Assembly: GCA_050084985.1 (NCBI GenBank)
Contig: JBITNC010000001.1
Span: 154,566,001 to 154,630,000 of the forward strand
Origin: Nageia nagi
Taxonomy: Eukaryota > Plantae > Pinophyta
Direction: 5' to 3'
Length of the DNA: 64,000 nucleotides
A model generated the notes under the pieces. That model worked only from the letters and a program-made list of their open reading frames with translations. It did no database searches and was not told where the DNA came from. Below, in pieces: positions 51,056 through 64,000 of this stretch; position 1 is the stretch's first letter; every line of letters begins with the position of its first letter. A program made the position numbers and the translations under genes.

Positions 51056-52479
51056 GATTTTCATCATAACTATCCTTTTTTTATATTAGACCTGTTGCTA
51101 TGGTCTTCTCTTCTTCATAATCATATAGGATAAATTCCTTTGAGAAATTAGGATTATTCAAAATTAGAGAGGATATAATGGTTTATTTTATTTGTTAAAA
51201 GGCCATAACACATTTTTTTGTCCACTTGAAAGGTATTTTATCCTTAAGCAATTCTATTATTGGTCAAATAATTCCAACAAAGACTTGAATGAACCTCATT
51301 ACAAAATTAATTTTACCTTAAAATGATTGCTTAGAAATAGCTTCCACTCTCTTCAAATCAACTAAGAAGCCTTATTTTGAAATGACAAGTCCAAGCAACT
51401 TTCCTTGATCTACTAAAAATATAGATTTCTCTAGATTCAATGAGATTTTGAATTCTTGACATTTTTAAATAGTTTCCCAAAGATGGTGCACGTGGTCCTT
51501 TTTTTGAGAAAATTGTGATATCATTAGAAGTAAATTAAAACTATTTTATTAATAAAATCAACAAATGTATGATCCATAACACTTTGAAAGGTTTCCCCAA
51601 CATTGGAAAATCCAAACAACATTAGTTAAAGCAAATGTGCCCCACTTTATGGTGAATGTTATTTTATATTAATCTTCATGCTTCACCTAGATCTGATTCT
51701 ATCCAAAGAAGCCATCAAGAAAAGAAAACACTTTGATCCTATAAGAGTATATAGAATTTATTTCATAGGAAGCAAAGGATAGTTGTCTTTATGTGTGGTT
51801 TTATTAAGATTCTGGAAATCTACATAGAGCCTAATATCTTCATTTTTCTTCCTAATTGACAGCAAGCCACCTAGGTAGAATATTTGATGGGATATATGAT
51901 CTTACCTTGAAATAATTTTTGAATTTCCTATTATATTATCACTTTGATTTTAGGATTCAATAGTCTTTATTTGTTTCAAAAAGGGATTACCTCTTTCATA
52001 AGCTCTATGGTATGTTAGATAACATATTTATTGAACACCTTTAAATCATCATAGCTCCATGCCATGATACCAACATAATCCTCCATGAATTTAGCTATCT
52101 CCAACATATCTTTAGGTGTATTCTTGATACCAACATTTGGAACTTTGTTGGGAGCTATTTCTAACTCTTTAAATTTCTTAGGAGACACTAAAATATTTTC
52201 TTTTCTTACTTGATCATTTCTTTTAAAGAGACTTTCAAATGTAATAATACCTATATGTAAAGTATTATTTTTTAATTATAGTATATCTTCATATTTGAAA
52301 GCCTCAACCAGTGACTTGGATATTTGAGCATAACAATTGTATACCCAAGAAAGCATTAATGTATTTATCATCATAAAAAACTTGCTATAAATAGTCATTT
52401 TCCAAGATAGAAGGCCTAAAAATCAGCTGAATACCTTTCTTCCTAAGCCAATAATGTGCAAAATCAAATCTTGATCCCT

Positions 52480-52855
52480 TTTGAGCTAAGACATCAGCTT
52501 CATAATTCTAATCCTTGGGGATTATAGTAAAGTTGAGGGCATTGAAACTCTCCAATAGGTGCCATACTCTATTTCTATATTTTTTGAGATAATGATATTT
52601 TTCTAAGCACTTATCTATCACTTGGTTGATAACCATCTTTGAATCACCAAAAATGGAAAATATTTTATTTTCAACTTACTAGCCTATTCCATCCCTCAAC
52701 ATAGGGATTCATATTCTGCTACATTTTTTGTACAACTCCAAGTTAGATTGAAAGCATACTTTTTTTATTTTACTATAAGGGGATCTCAAAACAACCCCAA
52801 CCCTAGCACCATTCTTAGACTTAGCTCCATTAAATTGCATTATCCATAATTCTTG
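52480..52855 (-). mobile_element. Additional (archaeal-type) RNase H domain of the Tat element
   Basis: WIMQFNGAKSKNGARVGVVL...NVAEYESL...IFGDSKMVINQV...NYEADVLA. Confidence 0.85.
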
Positions 52856-55800
52856 TTCATTTAGTTTTTGAAGGGTAAGGGCCAAAATATTAGTGATATC
52901 TTCAATAATTACATAATACCCATTCTCTTACTCTTAATTTGATTGATTATAAGTTCATAAACCAAATATTTAGAGTCTAATTGCATATCAATATTATTTT
53001 TTAAGAAGGTCTACTTGCTAATCATGTTAACTTGGGGGAGTTTCTTAGTGAGAAATCCTACAATAGGCTCATTGATAATATTAAACATTATATTATTTAA
53101 ATAAACAAACATATGGGAATAATACATACCTAATTACCCTCCCAATTTGAATGTAAATTCTCTAGATAAGCACAAACCAAACATAGGGGAAGGTATACAA
53201 CTATGATATCTTAGATGATTGATATCTCAGATACCTATGAAGCTTCATTGGGATATATTTAACTATATTAATGGTTTTGATATTTATTTCTTCCAAATAG
53301 AGAATTATATGGGAGTCTCTAGTGTAGACAAGTCCAATGACATCAGATACCTTCTTAGGCATAACTGTAATGGTTTCCCTTTAATCTATCATGTAGTTAT
53401 GGATAATATGTTCTTCTAATTCAAGGGTAATGGAAAAAGGAGGAGGTATATTTCTACCCACATCTAGTAATTTTACAATTGTATCTAGATTATAATTCAA
53501 TCTATCATCTCCTTTAGTATGTATCAATAGTGCTACCTTTAGTAGATCAATTTATTTGGGTATGTGCAAGGCATCAAAGAGTGATGCTCTTGATGGTATC
53601 TTCTTCAACCCATCTATAATATTTTATAGAGCAATATAAAAAGAAATTTCTTTTGGATATTTTCTTTTATAGGATTGAGTTTTTTCTTCTCTATGGGCCC
53701 TTATCAATGATGGAAATTTGAACTTCTTAGTTCCTATCTCCCTTTCTTGAATCTTAAGAGAAATAATAGGTTGAGTGGCTAGTTGTTTTCTCAAAACTTA
53801 ATTTTCCAAAAAAAAAAATTGTTTGTAGTCACAAATTTGCTAATGGATCTCTTTGATAGAAATTTAGAGTGAGAATGAGATAGTGTTTAAGTAGAATTAA
53901 CTAGGAAAGATGGTATCTACCTCTCGGGCTGAAACTATCTAACCATAGGTCTAGTTTCAATCGCTCTATTAAAGGGTTTTGGTAGAATCATGAGGTTAAG
54001 TTTTGATGCTGATTCATGCACATAGTAATTAATATTAACTACATTTTTAACTAATTTATTTTGGTGTTGGTAGATAAGATAAGAGTCTTGGATATGAGGG
54101 TCATTACAAGCTTGAAACTAATATTGATTGGGAGGCAGGATTATATGCCTTTGAAGAAATATAAACTCTATTAGTCCTAGAAAGATCCATTGGTGGTGGT
54201 TATTATTGATCTCTAGTAGGTAAGTGATATCTCCTTTTTTTCCTCTATCATCTCTTCAATCATATATCTAATCATAACTCAAATCATAATAACCTTATCT
54301 TTGGGCTTCCCTCTATTTAGTTATCCTCTATTTTGATAAATTTCTTAACAAAGATTCCAACTTAGCAATATTCATTTAATTGGAATTTTTTATTACAAAA
54401 TGCTAGTAAGAGTAGGTGCAAAAAGTTCTAATTAATAAACAAGAGATGGTAAGGTAAGTTGTGATTATGTAGCAAGCAAAACAAGTTGATGTTACAATAC
54501 TAACAATTGCAATAGTGGTAATTAAGGGGATGGAGTCATAGGCAGATAAGGATAAGTTTGTACTAAGGGTTACATGGAGGATGGGGGTGTAAATATGAGA
54601 GGTGGAAATACTCTACTAGGAAGCTTTTCTACAACAATGAGTGTAGCTTCATCTTCTAAAGCATCCTTGTAAATATCCAAAAATTATTATGGTTTAGTCA
54701 TCTAAACCCTAGATTCTAGATCCAAGGTGAAATATATAAGATATAACATTAAAACCATGTAAGAATGTGGCCTTATAGTCAAAGGCACTCTAGCCAAAGA
54801 TTTTGAAAACCTAAGGTAAAAATTAGAAATATTATTTATAGGATGTCTTTGAATAATAGTAAACTATGATAGGAATGAGTAGGGATCACCAACCTTGTTA
54901 ACTTTAAGAATGAAGGGTTCTACAAGATAAGTCCATGTAAAAAAGGAATTGGCTGGAAGTGATTTCTACAATTCCAACACTTTTCCAAAGAGAGACATGG
55001 CAATAAATTTGAGCATTACATCTTTATGGACTATGTTATGCTACTTAGCTATTTTCGTAATATCTTACAACATTTTTTATGCAATATTTTTGTAACTATC
55101 CCAATTTTGAGAAGATTTTATGGCTTGCACTAGAATCTCATAGGGATTTACAATTTGGAGAGATTCAAAAGCCTTCCATTATGGGTAAAGCATAGGTGCA
55201 ATAGTTTATTGAACCACATGAACAAGATTAACTATGTTCCTTATATTAAATAGTGGAATATAATTTAATGCAAAAGGATACAAAATATGAGTAAGGTTCA
55301 TAAGAGATTTGGATTTCCTTACTAGGGTTTCAATAGATCTTTGATAACCTTTAGTAATAGAAAACACTTTGGCTTTTTTAGTTTGGGACTATGTTCTAAT
55401 AATTAACAAAAATAGAAGAAGTCGAACCTTAAAGGAATTTTTTCAATTCAAACTTTATAGAGTAAAGAACATATTTCATCCTAGTGGAGTCACCATCATG
55501 ATACAACAATCATGCATAGTTCAAAACATGGTAGGAGATGGTCCCACCTAGCATGCTAGAAAGAATTATAATATTGTTGACAAATATTATGCAATTTTTT
55601 TATGCACACATGTATCAAGGTCACAACTATAATTATGAATGATATGATTTTTATTGCTAGAAATCTATCTTCAAAGAAGGTTGGTTCTTATAGGGATTGA
55701 ATTGAGAAATACAAAAGCAAAGAAATAGAAAGAAAAATTACAAAACTAAAGAAAATATAAGATACTAAGTTAGTGCATGTAAATAAGCAAAATAAAAAAT

Positions 55801-56949
55801 TCATACCAACATAGGTATTCATTGTTGTAGAATCTGAACTAGTTAAATAGTTTGATTTTGTAGGCACTGAATAATACATGACATTTCAAAAGATAACAAT
55901 CCTACAAATGCTTTACAGATACAAGTTAACTACTAATAAATTTTTGTAATCCATGAAGTGCAAATAAATATATAACACAATGATTTAAGAAAAATGATAA
56001 GAAAATCATAGTCAAGAGATCAAGAAGAAAATTATATTCTATTATCTTTGATGCATGTACATAACAAGGGTATTACCTACTAAATTTCAACCCTTCTACT
56101 ACAATGGAGGAGATACTTATAGATTTACCTTCATAGAATATTTTCTAACTCCTAAAAAACTATAATATATAAATTATTTGTAACTATCATATCAAATTTG
56201 ATATCTGATCAGATTTTCAAATCAGATTTTGATTTACAAGTATCTAGAATAATCCTATGAATGTGCAAGCACTCTTTAGCTCGTATGGAACTTAAAACCT
56301 TGAATTTGAAAATCAAAATTGCCTCCTTATAATGAAAATGCATTTCATTGGGGTTATAACATTATTTACAAGTACTTGCTTTATAAAAAACTCATAGGAA
56401 TCAAATACTACACAAAATAGACTATTATGATGGAGTTCTTCACCTATGATTAGATCAAGATGATCGAAACTGGATCATCAAAACTAGAATATTTATGATG
56501 ATTAATGTGATTGAAATCCTCCTTGGTTCATAATAAAATAATCTTTAGCAAATATAGAAATGTAGAAAATACCTTATATGACTTTCTCACTATTATGACA
56601 GAAATGGGTCCTCTCTACTCTATCAAATCTCTACCAAAATCAAATATCTTAAAAAACATGAGAAAATAGCTAAGTGTGACACTATAGTAATTCCACTACC
56701 CTTATATCAATGCTCAAACATTGCCAAACTATTGGAATTCCTCCAAAATTGAATACTACAAGAAATGCTCTAAAATTAGCGAAGTCCATGCACTAATTGA
56801 TTCTATTACCATTCCTTTGAACTATGTGCATATCAATACTGTCAAAGTTTCTTCAAAATCAAATATCAAAATAATATCTAAATTTGACTAGATATAAATC
56901 CTTCAATTGATAGTAAAGGATGAAAAAAGAGAATACCCTTACAAAACTC

Positions 56950-58480
56950 TTCTTATAAATCTAAAATATACAAGTATATGCCATAATTAAATTCTAACAT
57001 TATATTACTAGTTACTAGGTATTTATTCACATAGATCATGTAGCTATAAGGTATTTAATGAATAATCCAATGGTAAGTGGAAGGATTATAGTATTATTAT
57101 TACTATTATAAGAATTCAATATAAATATTATTGATAAACTAAGAAAAGCTAATGTTGTGGTAGATTTCTTGTCAAGATTAAATATATTCAAGAGTGATGA
57201 TTTAGTGGAGGATTCATTTTTAGATGAAAGATTTTTCTCCATTTTTTTATAATCACCTTAATTTGTAGATATAGCTAATTATTTGGTAATAGTGAAATTC
57301 CTCCACATTATGCTCAAAGGAAAAAGAAAATTTTAATAAAATAAAGTGAATCATTTAAATGGGTGAATGGAATTCTATTCAAATGTGGTCTTGACTAAGT
57401 TCTTTAGAGATGTTCTAAAGCTTATCATGATGAACCAAAAATATGACATTATTTAGTAAAGAGAAAAATTCATAAGGTGTTAGGATTATGCTACTATTTT
57501 CCTTCCCTACATAAATATGTAGATATGTGCATCAATATGATCAATGTTAGAGAATGGGAAAACCCACTTCTACCACTCAGATGCTACTTCAACCACAAGT
57601 TGTAATAGAATCCTTTGAATAGTGGGGAGTGGATATTTTGGTCCAATCAATCCTCCCTCACAAGGTAAAAAAATATATATTGGTTTGTACTAATTATACT
57701 ACAAAATGGATAGAGGTGTATGCTCTAGTACAAGAAAAGAAAGATAAAGTAGCATAATTTATGTAAAACAACATCATGTAGAGGTTTGAAGCACCTAAAT
57801 TTTTGGTTTTATACCAAGGAACTAAATTCATGTCACACATGATTGAGAATTTTGTTAATCATTATTGGATTGAACAAAAAAGGCTTCTCCCTATCACCCA
57901 CAAACTAGTGGCCAAGAAGAGGTTACTAACATGTAGCTAGAAAGAATACTGACCAAACCTCATCATATAGAAGATATTGTGAAGTTAGATTCCCTAAAGT
58001 TGTTTAGGCATATAACGCAACTTGTAATTCAACCATAAAATTTTTACCATATGAATTAGGATTTGGGAAAAAGCCTCTTCTTCCAATAGAGTTTGAAATA
58101 CAAATTTTAAGAATAGTTCTCAAACTAGGACTTGATATTACAGAAGCTCAAAGAGATATATTGCTGCAATTAAATGAATTAGTTGAACTTAGATTGGAAG
58201 CTTTACATCAAACCAAAATTATGCAACAATAGAGGAAGGTATTGCATTATAAAAATCTAAAATATGTGTGATTTTATGTAGGTAATTGAGCTTTTTTACT
58301 TGATTCCAAATACTAGGACTTCATGGGAAAATTATAGACTAGGTGGCTAGGATCTTATTTCATTTTACAAGTTTTGATAATGGTTCAATTCAACTCTAGC
58401 CAATTGATGGGTCCATGAGAGCATTATTGATCAATGTGCATCAAATTTGATCCTATATTCTTCTAATTACCAAAGAATAT
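56950..58480 (+). mobile_element. Degenerate Ty3/gypsy RNase H tail and integrase
   Basis: KANVVVDFLSRL, DIANYL, ESFE*WGVDI.GPINPPS, YILVCTNYTTKWIEV, SPYHPQTSGQEEVTN, WLGSY. Confidence 0.85.
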
Positions 58481-59619
58481 TTTACTTAGAACATGAAGAC
58501 AATAGACATGTGTTTGTTTCAGGGAGAATGTTCCTCAAGTAAACATACTTGATCACATTTATCAATAGCTTGAATAAAGGTTGATTTTATAAATAGAATT
58601 AACCTAGACCATGGATGATAATTGGGAATAGAGGTAGTCAGTTGAATGAAAACTAGGTACCTAGTAGTTGAGTAGGTGAAAATCACTATTGTTAGTATTC
58701 ATAATGTGTCTTTAAAAAAATGGATGTAATTTGTATTCTGAAGTCTTTTTCAAGATATAGTCATTATAGTACAATGATATTCAATATCAACATGGATCCA
58801 AATTGATCCATTTTAGAAAGCTTTGGAAAATTTTGTTAGACTAAACTATAGAATATTTTCTTAGTGAGCTCTAAAAGGTTTAAACCATATTAAGCTCTAG
58901 AATATTCTATCAAGAAGCTTTAGAAATCTAGTTAGACAAAGCTTCAAAATTTTCTAAGTTATAATCTCCAAAAATGTTGATTATATAAACTCCAAAGAAA
59001 TTTTATCACTAAGGCTCCATGAAATTTATAATGTTAGCTTCAAAGAGAGTAAATCATGTGAGATTTAGAATTTCTCTTCAAAAGAGACTCCATATTCCAA
59101 TGAGGTAATAATGGTTCATAATTATATATAATTAAATAAGATACAAAAATGATGCCAAGGCCACATCAATTGAGTAAGTTAATAGTATTCATTTAGTAAG
59201 TTATGTTATCATATGGTGAGAAATGAGGAGTCAAACTATCAATACATTTTATGCATATCTATTTCATCATATCCAATAGCCAATTGCATATCACATCTAT
59301 GACATATCAACCTCATAATCATCATAAAAAGGTATGTATTTAATTTTAAATTGACAATTAGATGGTATTTAAATATTACTTAGTAAATAAACATGTGCTC
59401 CAAGACTTTGATATTTAGTCATAAAAAAATATGCAACATGTGAATAAAAAGTGGCAATTGAAGATTTAACATCGATGTACTTCCTCCATTAGTTCACATA
59501 CAAGGGATAACAATCATATTCGATAGTTGAATATCTTATCCGTTTATTACTTATGGAGTTGTTTGATAGTTCAAAACTAGTCTTGTAGTTATAAAGTGCA
59601 TGCAAGAAAAATAAGGCAC

Positions 59620-60560
59620 AAATAGAAGTAGGAGTCAAAAAGCACAACATAATTAAGAAAAGATGTTAAAGTATCGAAGCTGTTTCATAAATTTAACTTA
59701 CTAGAATTCTTTGATAAATTCTAGGGATATAACAAGAAATTGAAATTAGAGTTTTTCCAAAACTTTATGGCTGATTCTATCACCTTGGGAGGGAACATAA
59801 TTTTGATTATAGAAGAATCCATTTATGACTTTACTAGGTTTCCTATGACTAGAAAAGATTTGCTTAAAAGATTATAATCTATTGAACAAATTCCACTTGA
59901 AATAGGAGAAGCAAGTTGATTTATATGTCACATTTAGCCATATTGAAAGAGTTTAAAGAGAAACCTTACTAGAATAGTGGAATAAGGTTACAAGTTGGAT
60001 AATGAGATACATTATATGTGAAGGAAAACATGTTACGCTAATTGTCCATCACTTAAAATGTTTGATGTATCTAAGGTATGTTTCTTATATCAGTTACAAT
60101 ATTTTAAATTTTATGCATCAAAGTTTATAGAAGATGGCAAAAAGGGTTAGGGAAAATGAGAGAAATAAATTAGCAGCCCTAAAACACCATGGTATGATTA
60201 CACTTTTGTGTAAAGAAAATTTTATAAGAAAATAAAATAGTAAACCCCTTTAGGATGAGTTCTTGACTGAATTTCCCTTTGAAAACACTTCTATTAAGGA
60301 TGAGAAAGAAGAATCTTTAGATACTTATTTATTCATCAAAGTTAATACTAAGATACATCTTGCATGTAACTATATTTCAAAATTATCTATAAAGTCCTCA
60401 CACCCAAGATGTGATGTAATTCTTGATAATATACAAAGTTTTTTGTATTTTAATATTGATAAAAATGAAGTTGAATTAATCTTTGAGAAAGATAGTTATA
60501 TAGCCAATGTTCCAAAAACATCTTAAGGTGAGAGACACCAAGAAAAAATAAATAAATTTT
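59620..60560 (+). mobile_element. Decayed extra ORF downstream of the gypsy integrase
   Basis: FFDKF*GYNKK..., ITEESI-like and W..V....RYIICEGKH..LIVHHLKCLMYL remnants about 1.2 kb 3' of the integrase on the same strand. Confidence 0.45.
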
Positions 60561-60809
60561 AGTTAAAAAGGGTAAGATAGTAAAAAATCCCATATTTTTT
60601 CAATGGAGGTCAAGAAGGTTGAAGGAAAAATAAGTTTTTAAGGAAACTAGTTCACTAAAGAAAAAGTAATGGATAGATAGAATGTTGATCATATGATTAT
60701 GTTGGTGTTCTCATTATTGTTAAAGGTTATCAAAGAGCATAAGTAGGCAATGTTAAGATGTTCATGATTTTCACAATGCTAAAATGTTTAAGATAAGTTC
60801 ATATACAAA

Positions 60810-61185
60810 GCTTATCTAGTGCAAAGAAGGCTTATGCAATGGACTACATGTTTATGTGATGTGTCACATGCTTATGTAGAGAATAAAACCCTTATGTGGC
60901 TAGAGATTATACTATGCAATAGAAAACATGTTTATGTAGAGTAAAAAATCCTTATGTGGTCAAAGGATGCCTTATACAACTAGCAAATAAGTTAGGTGGT
61001 GAAATAAAAGTGTTATATGGTGCCAACAATATCTATGCAGACACAAAGGAGCTTATGTAGAGCAAGATGGGTTTATGTAGTAGTCAAGGCACTTGTGTAG
61101 TGAAGAATGGGCTTATGCAGAGCTTATAGTCCTTATGTAATAATGTAAAAGCTTTATCCAAAGGCCTAAATGCTTATGTGAAGAA
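60810..61185. repeat. 20-bp-period array with conserved core (C/T)TTATG(C/T)(A/G)G, ~18 units
   Basis: Core recurs at ~60831, 60851, 60871, 60892, 60931, 60951, 61052, 61072, 61112, 61132 with variable sequence between. Confidence 0.85.
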
Positions 61186-61254
61186 GGAATATGAATACAT
61201 GATGTTAGGGATCTCTAAAGTGTATATTTCCTTGTATTTCTAATTTTTTGTAAT

Positions 61255-61730
61255 GAGAAGAGATGTGATGATGTCAACACCTTTTGAAGTGCAAATTTCC
61301 TTTTTGTTATGATTTTTTTAGGGTTTAAAGAGATGTGATGATGTCAACACCTTATAAAGTGTAGGTTTCCTTTATACTATGGTGTTTTTGAGATAAAAAG
61401 AGATATGATGACATTAACACCTTTTGGAGTACAGAGTTCCTTTGCACTATGGTGTTTTCAAAGTGCAAAGAGATGTGATGATGACTATACCTTTCATATT
61501 GTATATTTTCTTATTATCACTATGTTTTCAAGGTGTGAATCAGCTTGATGATAACAATACCTTATAGAGTGCAAATTTCTCTTGTAAACATTATGCTTTC
61601 AAAATGTAGATTTTCCTTGTAAACATTATGCTTCCATAGTATGGATTTCCCTTATAACATTGTGATTCTAGAATGTAGATGAGCTTGATGATGTTAGCTC
61701 TATTTGGAGTGTGTATTCTTCATAAGACAA
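61255..61730. repeat. 70-bp tandem repeat (AGAGATGTGATGATGTCAACACCTT...), ~6-7 units, with 35-bp half-units
   Basis: Anchor AGATGTGATG-like at 61261, 61331, 61401, 61471, then diverged at 61541 and 61681. Confidence 0.9.
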
Positions 61731-61784
61731 TGCAAAATGAGCTAGTTTAGATACAAATTACCTCAAGGAGAATTCAAATGGTCT

Positions 61785-62255
61785 AACATCTTATGCAAAA
61801 GTACAAACTCATATTTGGAGGACTAAGTAGTTGCACAAACAATAGAGCTTGTGTAGAATGTGAAGTTTCACAATCTTGTGTGAAGATGAAATAAGTTATG
61901 TGGATTTGCAATTGATTATGTGGAGATAAAATATGTTATGTAGACAAGTGAGGGATTATATGAAAGTTGATGTAGAGTTTCCAAGTTATTATGGTGAGAT
62001 TCCAAACCTCATGCAAAGTCCAAAAAACTTATGCAGATAATTACAATCTTATGTAGAGTCATAGAGCCTTATACAAAGAGAAATGGTGTTATGCAAAGAA
62101 GTGAGGTCCTATGCAGAGAAGGAATGGCCTATGCAAACAAAGATAGGCTTTTTTAAAGAGATGCCAGAGGTGGCCATTAGCTTAATGCAAAAGATAAATT
62201 CCTTATGTTATCTAGTGAGGTCTTGTGTGATGATGAAGTTGATTATGTGGAATGA
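61785..62255. repeat. Second 20-bp-period TTATG(C/T)AG array
   Basis: Same core and spacing as 60810-61185 (e.g. 62028, 62048, 62068, 62088, 62108, 62128). Confidence 0.8.
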
Positions 62256-64000
62256 ATGTCTTAACATAGCAACTACTAGGATATATGCAAAAAGCTCAAA
62301 GTTGGTATTTAATGGAAGGCATGATGATGGTATTCATGCATGAGGCTTGATCTACTAATTTAAGAATGATTTCAATCTTTATAATACATTTAATTTAATC
62401 ATGATGACTAATCTTGACATGAACCTCATGGAGAGAGTGTCGATACTAAAATTAGAAGCCCTAATGCCTACAATAGTCATATTTAATATCAATAGTAGTG
62501 GAGAAATAGTCATGAAGTAAGTTCTTCATGTCAAGGATTTATGGAACTATGGACAATAATTAATTTAATCCTCATTCAAGCCTAGCACTTGGAGCAAAAT
62601 GTGATGGGTGTGCTTGTAATTATTGATAATGTATATATAGGGTTTGCATATGTATTGAGCATGCTAGTGATCATTCCTATGATAATTAATGCTAGGTTGG
62701 ATGTTTAAAGAGTAGAATGGATATTTTAAGAAGTTGTTAAAAAAATTATGAGTGATTGAAGGCAAGGGTGTATTGTGAGAGTGTTTAGTAACTACCATAG
62801 TGTAGATGGAGATATCAGAATAGAGTTATTGATTGTAGGGAGTTGTAATCTTTGAGATTTTTCTTGAGTATACTACCATTGAGAAAACCAATATTAGATT
62901 GGAAATGAAGGCATAAGAATGGTGATGAACAATCACTATAAGTCATACATATTTAGCTAGGGTGTGTATTTGCTGAGCTAGATCATTAAGGAGTTTTTGG
63001 GACAAAGTTAGCAAGTTTGCCAAAATTTCATTTCCATAATGTACCAAGTTGGTGCTTAGCAAAATGGGTTTGGTGCTCATTGCAATGGGTGCTACAAAAT
63101 GTAGAGTTGGTGTTCCATCTAATGGGTGTTGATAAACTTTTGTAAAGTGGTTGGTTTACTATAGAGATGGATTTGGACCATGATATAAGAAGCCTTTTCC
63201 TAAGGAATGTAGTCAAGATGATGAACCTCATTAAATGCTTTGTTATGTGTTGATACTATTTTTTTTGAATTATTTTCAATTCTACATTTATTTATGAGCC
63301 TCAAGTTTTAATTACACACTAATTCACCCCCCTCTTAGTGTCATTTCTAGTCCAACAATTGGTATCAAAGCCATGTTCCTTCTTTAAAGTCTAGTCAATT
63401 GAGGAGATCCAAGAAGTGACATAATGTTTAGTGGAGAAGGTTTCTATTCAAATAGAACACCATTTTTTTTATGAAACAAACTATTACTTCTAGAGAATCC
63501 AAATGAAAACTTATCTTAGTTACTTAAGTAATGACATTTGGGAAGTTGTTGTAAATGCATACACAACACCATCCACACCTACAATAGATCCAATCAATAA
63601 CAAGTTATGTGAAAGTGATTCTGAGGCCAAAAATGCTATCATGTGTGGTTTAGTTGATAATAAGTTAGTAAAAATCATGGGATGCAAGAGTATCCATGAA
63701 GGTGATGACAAGATCAATGAAGATAAGCTATAAACTTTTAGAGCTCAATTTGAAGGGTTGAAGATGAGTGATGAAGAAGACATTACAACCTACAAGGTCA
63801 TAGTGAATGAGGTTGTCAATTCCACCATAGGAATAGGTGAAAATATTAAATAAAATATCATTTTCAAAAAGATCCTAAGATTCTTAACATCCAAATTTGA
63901 TGCCAAAATCTCAACTATTGAAAAAGCAAAGGATTTGTATTTATTTACCTTAGATGAAATGCATGGCTCTTTGACTACCTATGAGATGAGGATTGGCAAG

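Larger units (their letters stand above)
44930..55558 (-). mobile_element. Ty3/gypsy Tat-clade element (order gag-PR-aRH-RT-RH-INT), interrupted by a nested element
   Basis: Integrase 44950-46100 (FILIATYYFTRYMEA; SSNYYPQGNGLVESTN). RNase H split at 46522/51056. RT ~51100-52100 (LLDGFFG*NQI, KWGTFA). Additional RNase H 52480-52855. Degenerate PBS TAGCATGCTAGGTGGGAC (55541-55558, -). LTRs not resolved. Confidence 0.8.
60700..64000 (+). mobile_element. SIRE-like Ty1/copia element: long 5' LTR (start uncertain), PBS and gag start; runs off the window
   Basis: LTR ends ...CCAACA at 63357 with ATTCACCCCCCTCT at 63322-63335. PBS TGGTATCAAAGC at 63360-63371. Gag from ~63424 (TNYYF*RIQMKTYL...DIWEVVVN...AKNAIMCGL). 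The 5' boundary TGTTGG at 60700 is tentative. Confidence 0.75.

Noticed and set aside
60810-62255. Conserved-core/variable-spacer array as a CRISPR array
   Set aside because: Period is only 20 bp, the core is about 9 bp and degenerate, there are no cas genes, and the context is a eukaryotic retrotransposon.

Overview
Eukaryotic (land-plant, most likely conifer/gymnosperm by inference) AT-rich, repeat-dominated DNA. Only one intact host gene is supported: a two-exon family-1 UDP-glycosyltransferase (4789-6350, +, 489 aa). It has a PSPG box, sits in a CpG-retaining island, and has a duplicated core promoter. The rest is decayed transposon and pseudogene sequence: Helitron Rep/PIF1-helicase fragments, a CACTA fragment, a 912-bp TIR element, PLS-class PPR pseudogene fragments, two old related Ty1/copia elements (one with intact TSDs), nested Ty3/gypsy Tat-type elements with two different additional-RNase-H positions, and the start of a SIRE-like copia preceded by phased 20-bp and 70-bp arrays. 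The most notable item is a comparatively young, pol-less 4.6-kb LTR element (24119-28709, -; LTRs about 97% identical, TSD ATCAT). Its single reconstructed ORF (~555 aa) fuses the N-terminal ~100 aa of a copia Gag to a long acidic repeat region and an unrecognised Cys/His/Trp-rich domain. All identities and translations were done by eye; no database searches were possible.
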